A stretch of 64,000 nucleotides of DNA from Ignavibacteriota bacterium (GCA_963801355.1 CAWDEM010000008.1:1856001-1920000), one strand, 5' to 3'. Positions 20,351-31,152 are shown, numbered from the stretch's first letter. Notes: generated by a model from the sequence alone, not told the origin. Made by a program: numbers and translations.

Positions 20351-22942
20351 CTATTGAACCATGATCCTTGTCTGCTTCAAGTCTTTTGTATCGGAACTGT
20401 TCCCGTACCACACCTCGTAGTCGCCCGCAGTCAGAGACATCTTGCCGCTGCCCCTGTCGTAAAACTCAAACGCGGTATGAGGAAGGTTGACAGTTGCCTG
20501 TCGGGTCTTGCCGGCAGCAACGTCGACCCGCTGAAAGCCCCGCAAGGTTTTCAACGGCCCGTCGGCGTCGTTCACCTTGCGGACATACACCTGAACGATT
20601 TCCGTGCCGTTGCGTTTGCCCGTATTTGTTACAGGTATTGTAAGCTGAACGCTTTCGTCTTTCTTGATCGCAGTTTTGCTGATTGTGGCGTTGCCGATCG
20701 AGAAGGTCGTATAGCTCAACCCGAATCCAAACGGAAAAAGGGGATCGGACATGAATCGGTACGTTCGCCCTATCATGGAATAATTCTCGAAATCGGGCAA
20801 CTGCTGCATGTTCTTGTAGAAAGTGATGGGCAACTTCCCCGATGGGTTATAGTCGCCAAAGAGCACGTCTGCGATTGCCTGACCGCCGGATTCTCCGGCA
20901 TACCAGGCCTGAAGAATGGCATCGCAACTTTCCGTTTCCGGCACCAATCCGATCGCCGAGCCCGAGCAATTGATGAAGACGACCTTCTTTCCGGCCTGTT
21001 TGAGCGCTTTGAGGCAATTGCGCTGCACTTCCGGAAGTTCAATGTCGGTACGGTCGCCCCCCTTGAAACCAGGCAGCTGGATTGGCATTTCTTCCCCTTC
21101 CAATTGGGCAGAGATGCCGCCCGCAAACACAACCACATCAACACCTTTCAGCTTCTCGATCAGGGCATCGTACTGGACAGGCACTTCCTTACCAAAATTC
21201 ATGCTAAGACTGGCCGTCCAGTTTTCGATCTGTCTGAAATGGGCTTCGATCTTGTATTCTTTCCCTTTTTCAACTTTGTATGCAACACGCTTCGGAAGCG
21301 GTCTCCACATATAGATTCTGGTGAGCGTGTCACCATTCACGGTCAGCACAAATCCTCCACAGGCCTCCAGTTTGAATGCGATTTCACCCGATTGCGAAGG
21401 TTTGAAGATCGTCTCGTATTTGGCGGAGAAATTCTCCAGATGAACGCCCGTGCTGAATTCATGCTGTCCGAACGTGGTGAGCTTGATCGGATGAACGATC
21501 TGTTCGGTGACGGCAATTTCGCCCTTGGATTCACGGTTGTTCCAATACGTCGCCTTAATACCTGGCTTGCCTTCAATGGAACATTCACCAATCGCGCTGA
21601 CAGTGACCATATTATCCGCTAAGTCACACCCTTTGTCGTAGACAATCTTGGTGGTAGGGAGTTTGGTTTCTATGCCTTCGAGAATGGTAATGGTCTTGAA
21701 GGGTGTGCCATTGTAGTTCCCCCACATCAGAGCCTGATCGTCAGCGTTTGCTCCTATGACTGCGATTCTATTCACCGACTTGGACAGAGGTAGGATTTTG
21801 TTCTTGTTGTGCAGGAGGGTCATTGACTCACGGGCCATCTCGAGAGCCAGTTTCTTGTGTTCCTCACAATTGACCACCGACAAGGGGATCTTCGACCAGG
21901 GAACCAAAGCGTCATCGTCCATCTCTCCGAGATCCAAACGACCAGCCAACACACGCAACAGATGCCTGTCAATTTCCTGTTGAGTAATCAGGCCCCGCGT
22001 GACGGCATTAGGCAATTCCTTAAACGCATAGTCATATCCACACTCGACATCGGTTCCCGCCAATACACCTTTGGCAGCGGCATGGGTCGCATCGGACGAG
22101 ACCTTGTGGCTCTGATAGAAATCGGATATTGCACCACAATCGGAAACAACCAGGTACCTGAAGCCCCAGTCGTCGCGGAGGATACTCTGTAGCAAGCGTG
22201 TACTGCCACAGCAAGGCTCATCGTCCAAACGCTGATATGCACACATGATCTCACGGACATCAGCCTCCTTGACCAGCGATTTGAATGCAGGAAGATAGGT
22301 CTCGTACAAATCACGTGGATCCACATTGTTGAGGTTCAGCGTATGGCGGCTCGACTCCGGACCCGAATGCACAGCATAGTGCTTGCCACAAGCGAGAAGT
22401 TTCCGGTATTTGGCGTCGGAAGGACCCTGGAGTCCCTTCACAACAGAAACGCCCATGCGCGATGTCAGATAGGGATCTTCACCGTAGGTCTCCTGACCTC
22501 TTCCCCAACGCGGATCACGGAAAATATTCACATTGGGCGTCCACACTGATAGGCTCAAGAAACGTTTGTTCTCTTGTCCTCTTCGTCTTGCCTCGTTGTA
22601 CTTGGCGCGAGTTTCGTCCGAAACAGCGTTGAAAATACGATACACCAGTGCGTCGTCGAACGAGGCAGCCATGCCAATCGGTTCCGGGAACACAGTAACA
22701 CTATCGGTATTGGCAAGACCGTGAAGCGCTTCGCTCCACCAATTGAACTTCTTAATGTCCAGGCGCGCAATGGCATCTGATTCATCGCACATCAAGGCCG
22801 CTTTTTCACTTAGTGTTAAACGGGCCACCAGGTCTTTGGCCCGCTCTTCGGAACTCAAGCTGGGGTTTTGATATGGCAGTGTCTGTGCCCACAAGCCCGT
22901 GGAGACTGAAACGCTCAAGACAAACAATAGTACCCTCTTCAT
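20351..22942 (-). CDS. GH3 beta-xylosidase/glucosidase with PA14 domain
   Basis: WWSEALHG, RDPRWGRGQETYGEDP, KHYAVH, VVSDCGAI; Fn3 C-terminus. Confidence 0.93.
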   Translation of the reverse strand: MKRVLLFVLSVSVSTGLWAQTLPYQNPSLSSEERAKDLVARLTLSEKAALMCDESDAIARLDIKKFNWWSEALHGLANTDSVTVFPEPIGMAASFDDALVYRIFNAVSDETRAKYNEARRRGQENKRFLSLSVWTPNVNIFRDPRWGRGQETYGEDPYLTSRMGVSVVKGLQGPSDAKYRKLLACGKHYAVHSGPESSRHTLNLNNVDPRDLYETYLPAFKSLVKEADVREIMCAYQRLDDEPCCGSTRLLQSILRDDWGFRYLVVSDCGAISDFYQSHKVSSDATHAAAKGVLAGTDVECGYDYAFKELPNAVTRGLITQQEIDRHLLRVLAGRLDLGEMDDDALVPWSKIPLSVVNCEEHKKLALEMARESMTLLHNKNKILPLSKSVNRIAVIGANADDQALMWGNYNGTPFKTITILEGIETKLPTTKIVYDKGCDLADNMVTVSAIGECSIEGKPGIKATYWNNRESKGEIAVTEQIVHPIKLTTFGQHEFSTGVHLENFSAKYETIFKPSQSGEIAFKLEACGGFVLTVNGDTLTRIYMWRPLPKRVAYKVEKGKEYKIEAHFRQIENWTASLSMNFGKEVPVQYDALIEKLKGVDVVVFAGGISAQLEGEEMPIQLPGFKGGDRTDIELPEVQRNCLKALKQAGKKVVFINCSGSAIGLVPETESCDAILQAWYAGESGGQAIADVLFGDYNPSGKLPITFYKNMQQLPDFENYSMIGRTYRFMSDPLFPFGFGLSYTTFSIGNATISKTAIKKDESVQLTIPVTNTGKRNGTEIVQVYVRKVNDADGPLKTLRGFQRVDVAAGKTRQATVNLPHTAFEFYDRGSGKMSLTAGDYEVWYGNSSDTKDLKQTRIMVQ

Positions 22943-23082
22943 AGTACACCTATTGATGAATTTTTCGGGGTTGATTTCGGTCCGTTGTTTGAAGGTGCGC
23001 GTCCGGCGACGCTTGCCATTGATGCTGGGGTATCATTCCTGGCGTCTTGGCAGCGGTCAGAGCATCCCTCGCATCGATGCCT

Positions 23083-23280
23083 TCACTTGGTTTCACATAC
23101 CCTCAGCAACCTGGCACCATGGTTCCTCACATCCAGGGATATCACATCCTTGAATTTGCCGATATCCTTCTTTGCCCAGAGGTCACGAACGTCGCATGTC
23201 CCCTCCAATCCAAGTTTTTCTGGCTTCAACGATATCCTGACTGAATCCCCCGGGGGAGACTGTTTTCTCGTCATGGTCAC
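23083..23280 (-). pseudogene. C-terminal beta-sandwich fragment of a GH27 alpha-galactosidase
   Basis: LGLEGTCDVRDLWAKKDIG...VRNHGARLLRV; no catalytic domain. Confidence 0.65.
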
Positions 23281-23419
23281 TACTCCCGATAACCGCCAGA
23301 TATGCGGTCCATTTTTCCTGACCCGCCGGCATCTGCCGGCGATAGTGCATCATCGTTGCTACGTACAGAGTTGGTGCAACTGATCCAGTGAGCTTCTACT
23401 CGATTGCCAAAGGAATCAA

Positions 23420-24769
23420 CTATTCGAAGCGAATCCAGTCTACTTCAACTTTGCCGCCATTGCTGAGCACCACAATTAGGTTGTGAATTCCCGGGCGAAA
23501 TCCTGTTACCGGTGAGTTGATGACGCCCCATCCGTTGCCTCTGGGAATCTCCACCCGGGCTGCCAGGGGGCCATCAACTTCGTCAAGCCGCACCTCCAGA
23601 GTACCCCCCGTTTCCGATGAGGCCCGTGCGCGGACGATACCGAATTTGTGGTTTCCGAAATCGACACTGTTGCACTGCATCCATGCATGTGCGGTATCGA
23701 GGATGGCTTTCCAGCCTTCAAATCTCTCGAGTGTGTCGAGAAAGTCTATTGACGCGCCGTAAACACTCTTGCGGCTGTATCTGTCGATCTGAATGTTCTT
23801 CGAAGCATCTGTCAACCCGACACCACGCAGTGTGGGAACGACTTTCCTAATTGTGCCATCGTCGTTGAAGAACAGACTATCAACTCTTACGGATCTGTTC
23901 TTGTCAAAATGCGGAGAGAGATCATTATGATGGTAGAAGAGGTACCATTGATTCCTGAACTCGATAATCGAGTGTTGATTGGTCCAGCAGCCCGTCGGGG
24001 ATTCATCCATTATCACTCCGGCGATCTTGAAGGGCCCCATGGGATTGTCAGCAACCGCGTATTCGAGTCTTTCTGTGCTGTCCTGTACATGCGGATAGGT
24101 CATGTAGTAGATGCCCTTCCGCTCAGACAGATATGGACCTTCCTTGAGGCCCTTTTCGGGCAGACCCTGGATTACCTGCGGATCACCATCAATTTCCAGC
24201 ATATTCTCCTTCAACTTCGCGGCATAGATGTTTCTCGCTGCCCAATACAAATACACCTGCCCATCCTTGTCGATGAACGGATTGGGGTCGATTCCATGAA
24301 CATTCTTCATGGGCTCCGCCTGCGCAACAAATGGTCCGTAGGGTCTGTCTGAGACAGCAACGCCAACGCGGAAACCTCTTCCATAAGAAGTATCCTTCGC
24401 CGGGGCCGGGAAGTAGAAGAAATACTTGCCGTTTCTCCAGACAGCATCCGGAGCCCACAGGCTGTAGGCTTTGGGATGCGCCCAGGGGATTTTCTCCTGG
24501 CTGAGAATAACGCCATGGTCAGTCCAGTCGACTAAATCGACGGAGGAGAAGACATGATAGTCCTCCATACAGAACCAGCCGACACGGCCCCACCCTTCGG
24601 CAGCAAGAATGTCATGCGAAGGATAGAGATAAACTCTGCCTTCAAATACCCGTGCAGAGGGATCTGCTGTGAACTGATCCGTGATGATCGGATTCTGGCC
24701 GAACACGGTCCCTGTGACAGCTGCTGTCAGAACAACGAGTCTGAACGGCCAATGACGACAGTCTCCCAT
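23420..24769 (-). CDS. GH43 xylosidase/arabinofuranosidase with CBM6
   Basis: NPII..FTADPSA, YLYPSHD, WAPD, IDP, KEGP, TNQHSI; C-terminal VDFG..EVRLD..VDWIRF. Confidence 0.9.
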   Translation of the reverse strand: MGDCRHWPFRLVVLTAAVTGTVFGQNPIITDQFTADPSARVFEGRVYLYPSHDILAAEGWGRVGWFCMEDYHVFSSVDLVDWTDHGVILSQEKIPWAHPKAYSLWAPDAVWRNGKYFFYFPAPAKDTSYGRGFRVGVAVSDRPYGPFVAQAEPMKNVHGIDPNPFIDKDGQVYLYWAARNIYAAKLKENMLEIDGDPQVIQGLPEKGLKEGPYLSERKGIYYMTYPHVQDSTERLEYAVADNPMGPFKIAGVIMDESPTGCWTNQHSIIEFRNQWYLFYHHNDLSPHFDKNRSVRVDSLFFNDDGTIRKVVPTLRGVGLTDASKNIQIDRYSRKSVYGASIDFLDTLERFEGWKAILDTAHAWMQCNSVDFGNHKFGIVRARASSETGGTLEVRLDEVDGPLAARVEIPRGNGWGVINSPVTGFRPGIHNLIVVLSNGGKVEVDWIRFE

Positions 24770-24815
24770 AACCGTTGCCCCATCACATTGCCCAGTAGTG
24801 CTGTCGCTTTTCCAT

Positions 24816-27296
24816 CTACTCCGAAACAAAGGTGTATTCAACTCCCGGTGCGGCTTCGATATCATACAAGAAGGTATTCCTCACCTTCACCGTTTCGCTC
24901 CCGGCCTTCGGGGAAATCACTGGCCTCTTCGCTGGAGGCACCTGGTAGAAAGCATTGCTGTTCTCCCCTTTCGCCGAACGAAGCGCCACGTTACCTTCAG
25001 CTTTCAGGGGCGAGTATGAACGTAGACGGCAATTACCTCCAAGGACCGATTTGACTACCAGCCGGGCAATCTTTCCGTTTTTCCATTCCATCGTTTCGAT
25101 TTCAAATCCGCCGCGGGCACGAAGGCCGTTGACACTTCCCTCCTTCCAGACATCCGGCAATGCAGGGAGCACGAAGATTGCACCGTCGTTGCTTTGCATG
25201 AGCATTTCAGCGACGCCGGCAGTGAAGCCGAAATTCCCGTCAATTTGAAATGGAGGATGAGCATCAAACATGTTCGGATAGGTACCGCCGCCAGCAGAAT
25301 AGTCGATGTGCTCGTAATCCAGTTCTTCAACCAGTTTCACTTGGTCTTTGATGAGCGCATATGCATGATTGCCGTCCAGGAACCGGGCCCACAAATTGAT
25401 CTTCCAGTTCATCGACCAGCCGGTTGACGCATCACCCCGGAAGAGCAGCGACGTACGCGCAGCATGGAAAAGCTCAGGTGTCCGGAACGGAGAAATCTGA
25501 TTCGATGGATAGACCCCGTACAGGTGGGACACATGCCTGTGGTGGTCTTCGGGGTTGTCCCAATCCTCAATCCACTCCTGCAGTTGCCCGCGTTGACCAA
25601 TCTGCATCGGAGGGAGTCGTTTCAGAGTCTCATCCACTCGAGTGACAAAATCCTCGTCGACATCAAGTATCCTGGCTGCTCGTACCGTCTTTGTGAAAAG
25701 ATCGAAGAGCAGCTGATTGTCCATTGTCGTACCGGCGGAAATGGACGATTCGCCATGGGATGAGGGGCAATTCTCGGGAGAAACAGACGGACACACTACC
25801 AGCCAATCGTGACCGGGGTATGCGACCAGGAAGCTCAGAAAGAATTCAGCCGCACCCTTCATGACCGGGTAAACGGATGCAAGATACTTCTTGTCGCCGT
25901 TGTATTCGTATTTTTCCCAGAGATGTTGAGAAAGCCATGCGCCGCCCATTGGCCACATCCCCCAGAAAGAGCCATCTACCGGCCCGTTAATGCGCCAGAG
26001 GTCGGTATTGTGATGCAGCACCCAACCATGTACGCCATACATGACTCGTGCAGTCTCTGTTCCCGTTTCGGCAAGTTCCCGTATCATCTGCATCAACGGC
26101 TCATTCATCTCACTGAGGTTGGTGACCTCAGACGGCCAGTAGTTCATCTCGGTATTGATGTTGACCGTGTACTTGCTGTCCCACGGCGGATACAGTCGGT
26201 TGTTCCACAGCCCCTGTAGTGTTGCGGGTTGGCCGCCCGGCTGGGAACACGAGATGAGAAGATACCGACCGAACTGGAAGTACAGAGCGGCCAATTGCGG
26301 ATCGTTGCCCTCGGCAAACCGTGCAATGCGCACGTCGGTTGGATTCTGTACAGAATCCGTTGCTCCCAAATCGAGGCGTACCCGGTTGAAATACTTCTGA
26401 TATGCTGCAATGTGATCGCCCAGTGCCTGCTCGTAGTTCTTCTGCAAAGCAGATTGCAGATAGTGGGCTGCAGCGGCGCCGGCATCCGCACTGATGTCGG
26501 CATAGGTCTTGAAGCTGGACGCGAGAGAGACATATATGGTGGCCACATCTGCATTCACTACGGACAGTGCTGTATCGGCGGCCTGTATTACTCCGCCTTG
26601 AGCAAGAATCTTCACGACGGCGTGAAATCGCAGCTTGCCCTTTACCGAATCGCAGTCACCTGTGATGCCGGACATGACCAGTTCGTCATGCCCCTTTGTC
26701 GAAACAGTGACTGCAGCAGGCCTGCTCATCATCGCGGAAAAGCTGATCGAGCCGGGTCTCTCCGCAGCAATGCGTACAACGATGACCTGGTCGGGAAAGG
26801 AAGCAAACGCCTTGCTCTCATAGCGGACTCCGTCAACCTTGTAGCGAGCCGTTGCCACCGCCTTTTCGATATCGAGCTCCCGGTAATACTCGGTATAGCC
26901 TTCATGGGCCGGAAATGACAGAGTGAGCTCTCCAACTGTCTGGTACGGCATCCCGCTTGAAGTCCGACTGATGAATTCCTGGTTGACCAGATCCTGCGCC
27001 TCTTTGTACCTGCCAGCGAAGACGAGTCTTCTCACTTCCGGCAGTGCCGCTCTGGCATCAGGATTGTCATTGCGATTTGGCTGGCCGCCCCAAACGGTGA
27101 TTTCGTTCAGCTGAATTGTTTCCCTGCAGGGGTCTCCGTACACCATCGCCCCCAAGCGGCCGTTACCAACCGGCAAAGCTTCGACCCACTGTCTGGCAGG
27201 ATGGGTATACCAGAGTTTCAGCAAAGAATTACTATGGGCACTTGCACCATTGGCCATCGCAAGACTGAACACGAAGATCAGCAGTCTTCTTTTCAC
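24816..27296 (-). CDS. GH95 alpha-1,2-L-fucosidase family
   Basis: ALPVGNGRLGAM, QFGRYLLIS, NINTEMNYW, HRHVSHL, HPPFQIDGNFG; GTG start after GGGAG. Confidence 0.93.
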   Translation of the reverse strand: MKRRLLIFVFSLAMANGASAHSNSLLKLWYTHPARQWVEALPVGNGRLGAMVYGDPCRETIQLNEITVWGGQPNRNDNPDARAALPEVRRLVFAGRYKEAQDLVNQEFISRTSSGMPYQTVGELTLSFPAHEGYTEYYRELDIEKAVATARYKVDGVRYESKAFASFPDQVIVVRIAAERPGSISFSAMMSRPAAVTVSTKGHDELVMSGITGDCDSVKGKLRFHAVVKILAQGGVIQAADTALSVVNADVATIYVSLASSFKTYADISADAGAAAAHYLQSALQKNYEQALGDHIAAYQKYFNRVRLDLGATDSVQNPTDVRIARFAEGNDPQLAALYFQFGRYLLISCSQPGGQPATLQGLWNNRLYPPWDSKYTVNINTEMNYWPSEVTNLSEMNEPLMQMIRELAETGTETARVMYGVHGWVLHHNTDLWRINGPVDGSFWGMWPMGGAWLSQHLWEKYEYNGDKKYLASVYPVMKGAAEFFLSFLVAYPGHDWLVVCPSVSPENCPSSHGESSISAGTTMDNQLLFDLFTKTVRAARILDVDEDFVTRVDETLKRLPPMQIGQRGQLQEWIEDWDNPEDHHRHVSHLYGVYPSNQISPFRTPELFHAARTSLLFRGDASTGWSMNWKINLWARFLDGNHAYALIKDQVKLVEELDYEHIDYSAGGGTYPNMFDAHPPFQIDGNFGFTAGVAEMLMQSNDGAIFVLPALPDVWKEGSVNGLRARGGFEIETMEWKNGKIARLVVKSVLGGNCRLRSYSPLKAEGNVALRSAKGENSNAFYQVPPAKRPVISPKAGSETVKVRNTFLYDIEAAPGVEYTFVSE

Positions 27297-27381
27297 AAGT
27301 GCTCCCTTCCTTGGGATGAGATTCGCATGCACAGTGATCGTACGCCGTTCTGATATCATGCTGCCAGAGGGAAGGACTCCT

Positions 27382-29769
27382 TCACTTGGGCCTGGAGTTG
27401 GACTGACCAGGCCCCTGAGTTGACGCCAATGTTGAGTTCGTTTTTGTCTCTACCCAGAACTTGGTGCGGTGCTGCAGGACGAAAGCGTCGCCGGTGACTT
27501 CGAATCCTCCAGACAACCGGATATCATCCGATGAGCTTCCGATCATCACTGTAGAGTATCCCGGCTCCACCACGAGGTTCATATCCTTGTCGTAGAACGC
27601 GAGGAGCTCCGTTGGCAGCCTGAACTCGACATGTTGCTTTTCGCCGGGGAGCAGATGAACGCGCAGAAATCCCCTCAGCTCTTTGACTGGCCGCGTCACG
27701 CTGGCAACAGCATCAGATGTATAGAATTGAACCACTTCGTCAGCCGGAACATTGCCGACGTTGGACACTATACAGCCGATCGCAACAGCTCCTGGTGCAG
27801 CAAGGTGCCCGGGAGAAATAGTCAGGCCCGTATACTCGAATTGTGAGTAGCTCAGGCCGAAGCCAAAGGGGAACATCGGTTTACAAGGAGCATCGGTATA
27901 GTCGTGCCAGAGATGCGATTTGCCGGCCGACGGCTTATGCGCATAGAATACAGGCACCTGACCCACATGTGCCGGAAACGTCACGGGCAGCTTTCCCCCG
28001 GGGGAGACTGCGCCAAACAGGATGTCTGCGATGGCATTGCCTCCCTCCTCGCCTGGCTTCCACGCTTCTACCAAGGCCTGGACTTTCGGAACGATTCGTT
28101 CCAGCACAAGCGGCCTACCATCAACCACGACAACGACCATCGGAGTGCCTGTCTCCGCCACGGCAAGGATGAGGTCTTCCTGGACACCGGGCAGCAGCAG
28201 CGTGGCGCTGTCCCGTTCTTCCCCAGCCGTACAGTCCTTTATGAATCCAGATTTGCCACCCACGACGGCGATCACAACGTCTGCCTCCCGGGCCGCCTGG
28301 ATCGCTTCGGTAAATCCGGACTTATCCGATCCTACGACAGAGCAGCCCTTAGCGTAGATTACGCGCGAAGTGGGTGCGACCTGTGCTCTAATACCTTCGA
28401 GAACCGTTACGACGGAAACGCTCGGGTTCGGCAAGCCTGCGAGTGATTCGAGCGGGAGATGCTCGTCGAATAGCTTGCGATGTTCAACAATCGATGAATA
28501 GCTGTAGTCGCCGATAAGCGCACGCCAGCTGTCACCTGACGGGCCGACGACAGCAATTGTGCCGGCGTCGTTGCGCAGCGGCAGGAAACCTTCTTCATTC
28601 TTCAGCAAAACGATGGACTCACGCGCAACTTCCCGCGCAGTTCTGCGATACACGGGCGCATCAAAACTCTCAAGAGTGATGGAATCACCTGGGAACGGAT
28701 TCTCAAAGAGACCAAGCTGCAATTTCATCCGAAGCACACGTGACACGGCCCGATCCAGGACCATTACGGGGACGTTGCCGCGGTCAATCATTGCACGCAG
28801 TTCTTGATTGAAGCAATCGGACAACGGAAGCTCAATATCGATCCCAGCTTCGAGTGAAAGCGCTCCGGCTTCAGCCAGAGATGCGACGACACAGTGATAC
28901 TCTTTGAGCATTTTAATGGCTTCATAATCCGAAGCGACGACTCCCTCGAAGCCCCACTCATCTCTCAGGACTGCCGTCAGAAGTTGATACGAGGCCGCGC
29001 ATGGGATTCCATCGATCTCATGGTAGCCATTCATGACCGACATAATTTGCGCAATGCGGACTGCTGCCTCGAAGGGGTACAGATAGACTTCGCGAAGTTC
29101 ACGCTCAGGTATGCGGGCAGGCGACCAATTCAGTCCGCTTTGCGGGAGTCCATACCCCACAAAGTGCTTGGCTGTTGCCGCCACCCGCCGCTCACCGGGT
29201 TTGCCCTGGAGTCCTCGGATGTAGGCGCAGCCGAGAACCGAGATAAGGCACGGATCTTCCCCATACGTCTCTTCTACCCTTCCCCATCTTGGATCCCGGG
29301 CGATGTCAAGAACCGGAGCCAGGGCCTGACCAATTCCATTCATTGCCAGCTGATCATGCAGGATGGACGCCATCTTCTCGACCAATGTGGGATTCCATGT
29401 AGATGCGACGCCAATAATCTGCGGGAAGATCGTGGCGTCCCTCGTCTGGTACCCCATCAGGCACTCTTCGTGCATAATCGCCGGAATTCCAAGACGCGTG
29501 TTTTCCAGCAGGAATCTCTGTGCCTCGCGCACAAAGGTCGCAACCTGAGGCGGATGGAGATCTGTACTGCCTCCAGGTCGCGTGATATGTCCAATCCCAT
29601 TGTTCAGTAGTCGTTCCGCCTTGTCGCGGGAGAATCGCTCAACGTTCTCCATCACAAGATGGCACCACACCGAGCGAATCTGAGCCATCTTCTCATCGAG
29701 TGTCATGCGTCGAAGAAGATCAGCGACGCGGTCATCGATGGTTTTCGAAGAGTCCTTGTAAGGGTCCAT
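27382..29769 (-). CDS. GH3 beta-glucosidase/xylosidase without signal peptide
   Basis: HEECLMG, RDPRWGRVEETYGEDP, KHFVGY, VASDY, GKLPVTFP. Confidence 0.92.
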   Translation of the reverse strand: MDPYKDSSKTIDDRVADLLRRMTLDEKMAQIRSVWCHLVMENVERFSRDKAERLLNNGIGHITRPGGSTDLHPPQVATFVREAQRFLLENTRLGIPAIMHEECLMGYQTRDATIFPQIIGVASTWNPTLVEKMASILHDQLAMNGIGQALAPVLDIARDPRWGRVEETYGEDPCLISVLGCAYIRGLQGKPGERRVAATAKHFVGYGLPQSGLNWSPARIPERELREVYLYPFEAAVRIAQIMSVMNGYHEIDGIPCAASYQLLTAVLRDEWGFEGVVASDYEAIKMLKEYHCVVASLAEAGALSLEAGIDIELPLSDCFNQELRAMIDRGNVPVMVLDRAVSRVLRMKLQLGLFENPFPGDSITLESFDAPVYRRTAREVARESIVLLKNEEGFLPLRNDAGTIAVVGPSGDSWRALIGDYSYSSIVEHRKLFDEHLPLESLAGLPNPSVSVVTVLEGIRAQVAPTSRVIYAKGCSVVGSDKSGFTEAIQAAREADVVIAVVGGKSGFIKDCTAGEERDSATLLLPGVQEDLILAVAETGTPMVVVVVDGRPLVLERIVPKVQALVEAWKPGEEGGNAIADILFGAVSPGGKLPVTFPAHVGQVPVFYAHKPSAGKSHLWHDYTDAPCKPMFPFGFGLSYSQFEYTGLTISPGHLAAPGAVAIGCIVSNVGNVPADEVVQFYTSDAVASVTRPVKELRGFLRVHLLPGEKQHVEFRLPTELLAFYDKDMNLVVEPGYSTVMIGSSSDDIRLSGGFEVTGDAFVLQHRTKFWVETKTNSTLASTQGPGQSNSRPK

Positions 29770-29910
29770 TTGAGTTGCAGAGATTCTTTTGCTATCTATG
29801 TAAGATTGTGGATTCGTATTCGCCGCTACCTACATCAACAACCGTTGAGCTACGATCCCTCTCCGACTGTATTCCTTCCCATCAACGTGCTTTCGTTTTG
29901 AAGGCGTCAG

Positions 29911-29945
29911 TGCAAAGTTAATCAATTTGTTCAATGAGTCGCAAG
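29911..29945 (-). promoter_or_regulatory. Possible promoter of the CAZyme cluster (Bacteroidota-type TAnnTTTG)
   Basis: TAACTTTG at 29920-29913 in an AT-rich patch ~150 bp upstream of the first gene. Confidence 0.4.
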
Positions 29946-30104
29946 CCATCAAGATATGCTCCTTTCCTCCGCGTCATCCAGGTCGCAATAGCCAATAATC
30001 CATTGAGGAATCCGAGAGTGAGTGCAAATCAGCACAACTACATGGTCATCACTGGTGGTCATCAATAGCGAATGATCCACGTGGCATTGGCTGCGGACGG
30101 GATA

Positions 30105-30250
30105 TTAACGAGGAGCGTTTCCGGCTTAACCAGTGTCAGCCGGTGTTTGATGTCAGCTGCCCTGTTCAGGACAACGAAAAACAACTTGTCGTATATGTTG
30201 AAGAGAGAATAGTCCTTTTTGACCGGAAGGCATGAAAGAAGATACAGATC
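30105..30250 (-). pseudogene. Transposase (integrase-core type) N-terminal remnant
   Basis: FFHAFRSKRTILS joined to FNIYDKLFFVVLNRAADIKHRLTLVKPETLL; nucleotide similarity to 34680-34830. Confidence 0.65.
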
Positions 30251-30285
30251 AAGGTGCCGAGGTCCCCCCTATGCGGTCTGAGATG

Positions 30286-31152
30286 TCACACCACCGCCTG
30301 TTTCACGGCCCCGCTGCTGTCTGCCGTACGCGTCACCTTGGCAATATCGATGCTCTTGTAGAGTATGATGATCTGCAGGAGCTCCGCCGGCATCAGCACG
30401 AAGAATCCGATGAACGATAACACCACTGTCAGAAACAGACAGCCCGCAATGATCTCGAACAGACCGGCGTATCCGGCGATGCTACCGACGACCGGGCGAA
30501 GTCGCCGAAGTGCAACTCCATACACGATCATGATGCCACCGTAGGTGAACGCCTCCGCCCCCAGGATGAATGCGTCTTCCGTCGGTCCGTTGAACGCCGA
30601 CGCAATATCGTATGCGATGACTACGACATTCCCAATGATCAGCACAAAGGAAGTGATCCTCAGCAGATAGTTCGCAGAGAGCCCTCCCAGTGCGACAAAT
30701 CCTCGTTGGAAGAGAACAAATGCGACCAACACCGCGACTTTCATCACGACATAGTACGCCTCGCCGACGATCAATCTGCCTTCCTGGAGTCTGATGACAT
30801 CGGCCGCCCCCTCAAACAAGCCCAGCATGAAATAGAGAATCCCTGAGATCCAGGCAATGGTGATCTGGTTGTAGAGGAGGTCGGTATTATCTGTTTCGAG
30901 CAGGAGGAGTTTTCGTAGTGGATTCGCCGGCACACGAGCGCCGGTGTCTTCGTTCTCTGCGATCGTACTGAGATCGTAGTCCAGGGCAGCGAGGATCGTT
31001 CTGATGGTGAAAACCCTTGGGGTCACCTCTCCCGTTTCGATCCTCTGGAGTGTCCTGACGCTGATGTTGCATTTCTCGACTAGTTCCTCCTGCGTCAGCC
31101 CTTTTCCTTTCCGCAGTTCGAGGATTTTCTTCCCCAATTCCGGCTGTCTCAT
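30286..31152 (-). CDS. XRE-family HTH protein with multi-pass membrane domain
   Basis: LRKGKGLTQEELVEKCNISVRTLQRIETGEVTPR followed by several hydrophobic segments. Confidence 0.88.
   Translation of the reverse strand: MRQPELGKKILELRKGKGLTQEELVEKCNISVRTLQRIETGEVTPRVFTIRTILAALDYDLSTIAENEDTGARVPANPLRKLLLLETDNTDLLYNQITIAWISGILYFMLGLFEGAADVIRLQEGRLIVGEAYYVVMKVAVLVAFVLFQRGFVALGGLSANYLLRITSFVLIIGNVVVIAYDIASAFNGPTEDAFILGAEAFTYGGIMIVYGVALRRLRPVVGSIAGYAGLFEIIAGCLFLTVVLSFIGFFVLMPAELLQIIILYKSIDIAKVTRTADSSGAVKQAVV

Noticed and set aside
20354-21622. 422-aa plus-strand ORF and many other long antisense ORFs
   Set aside because: Shadows of well-supported opposite-strand genes with no recognisable motifs
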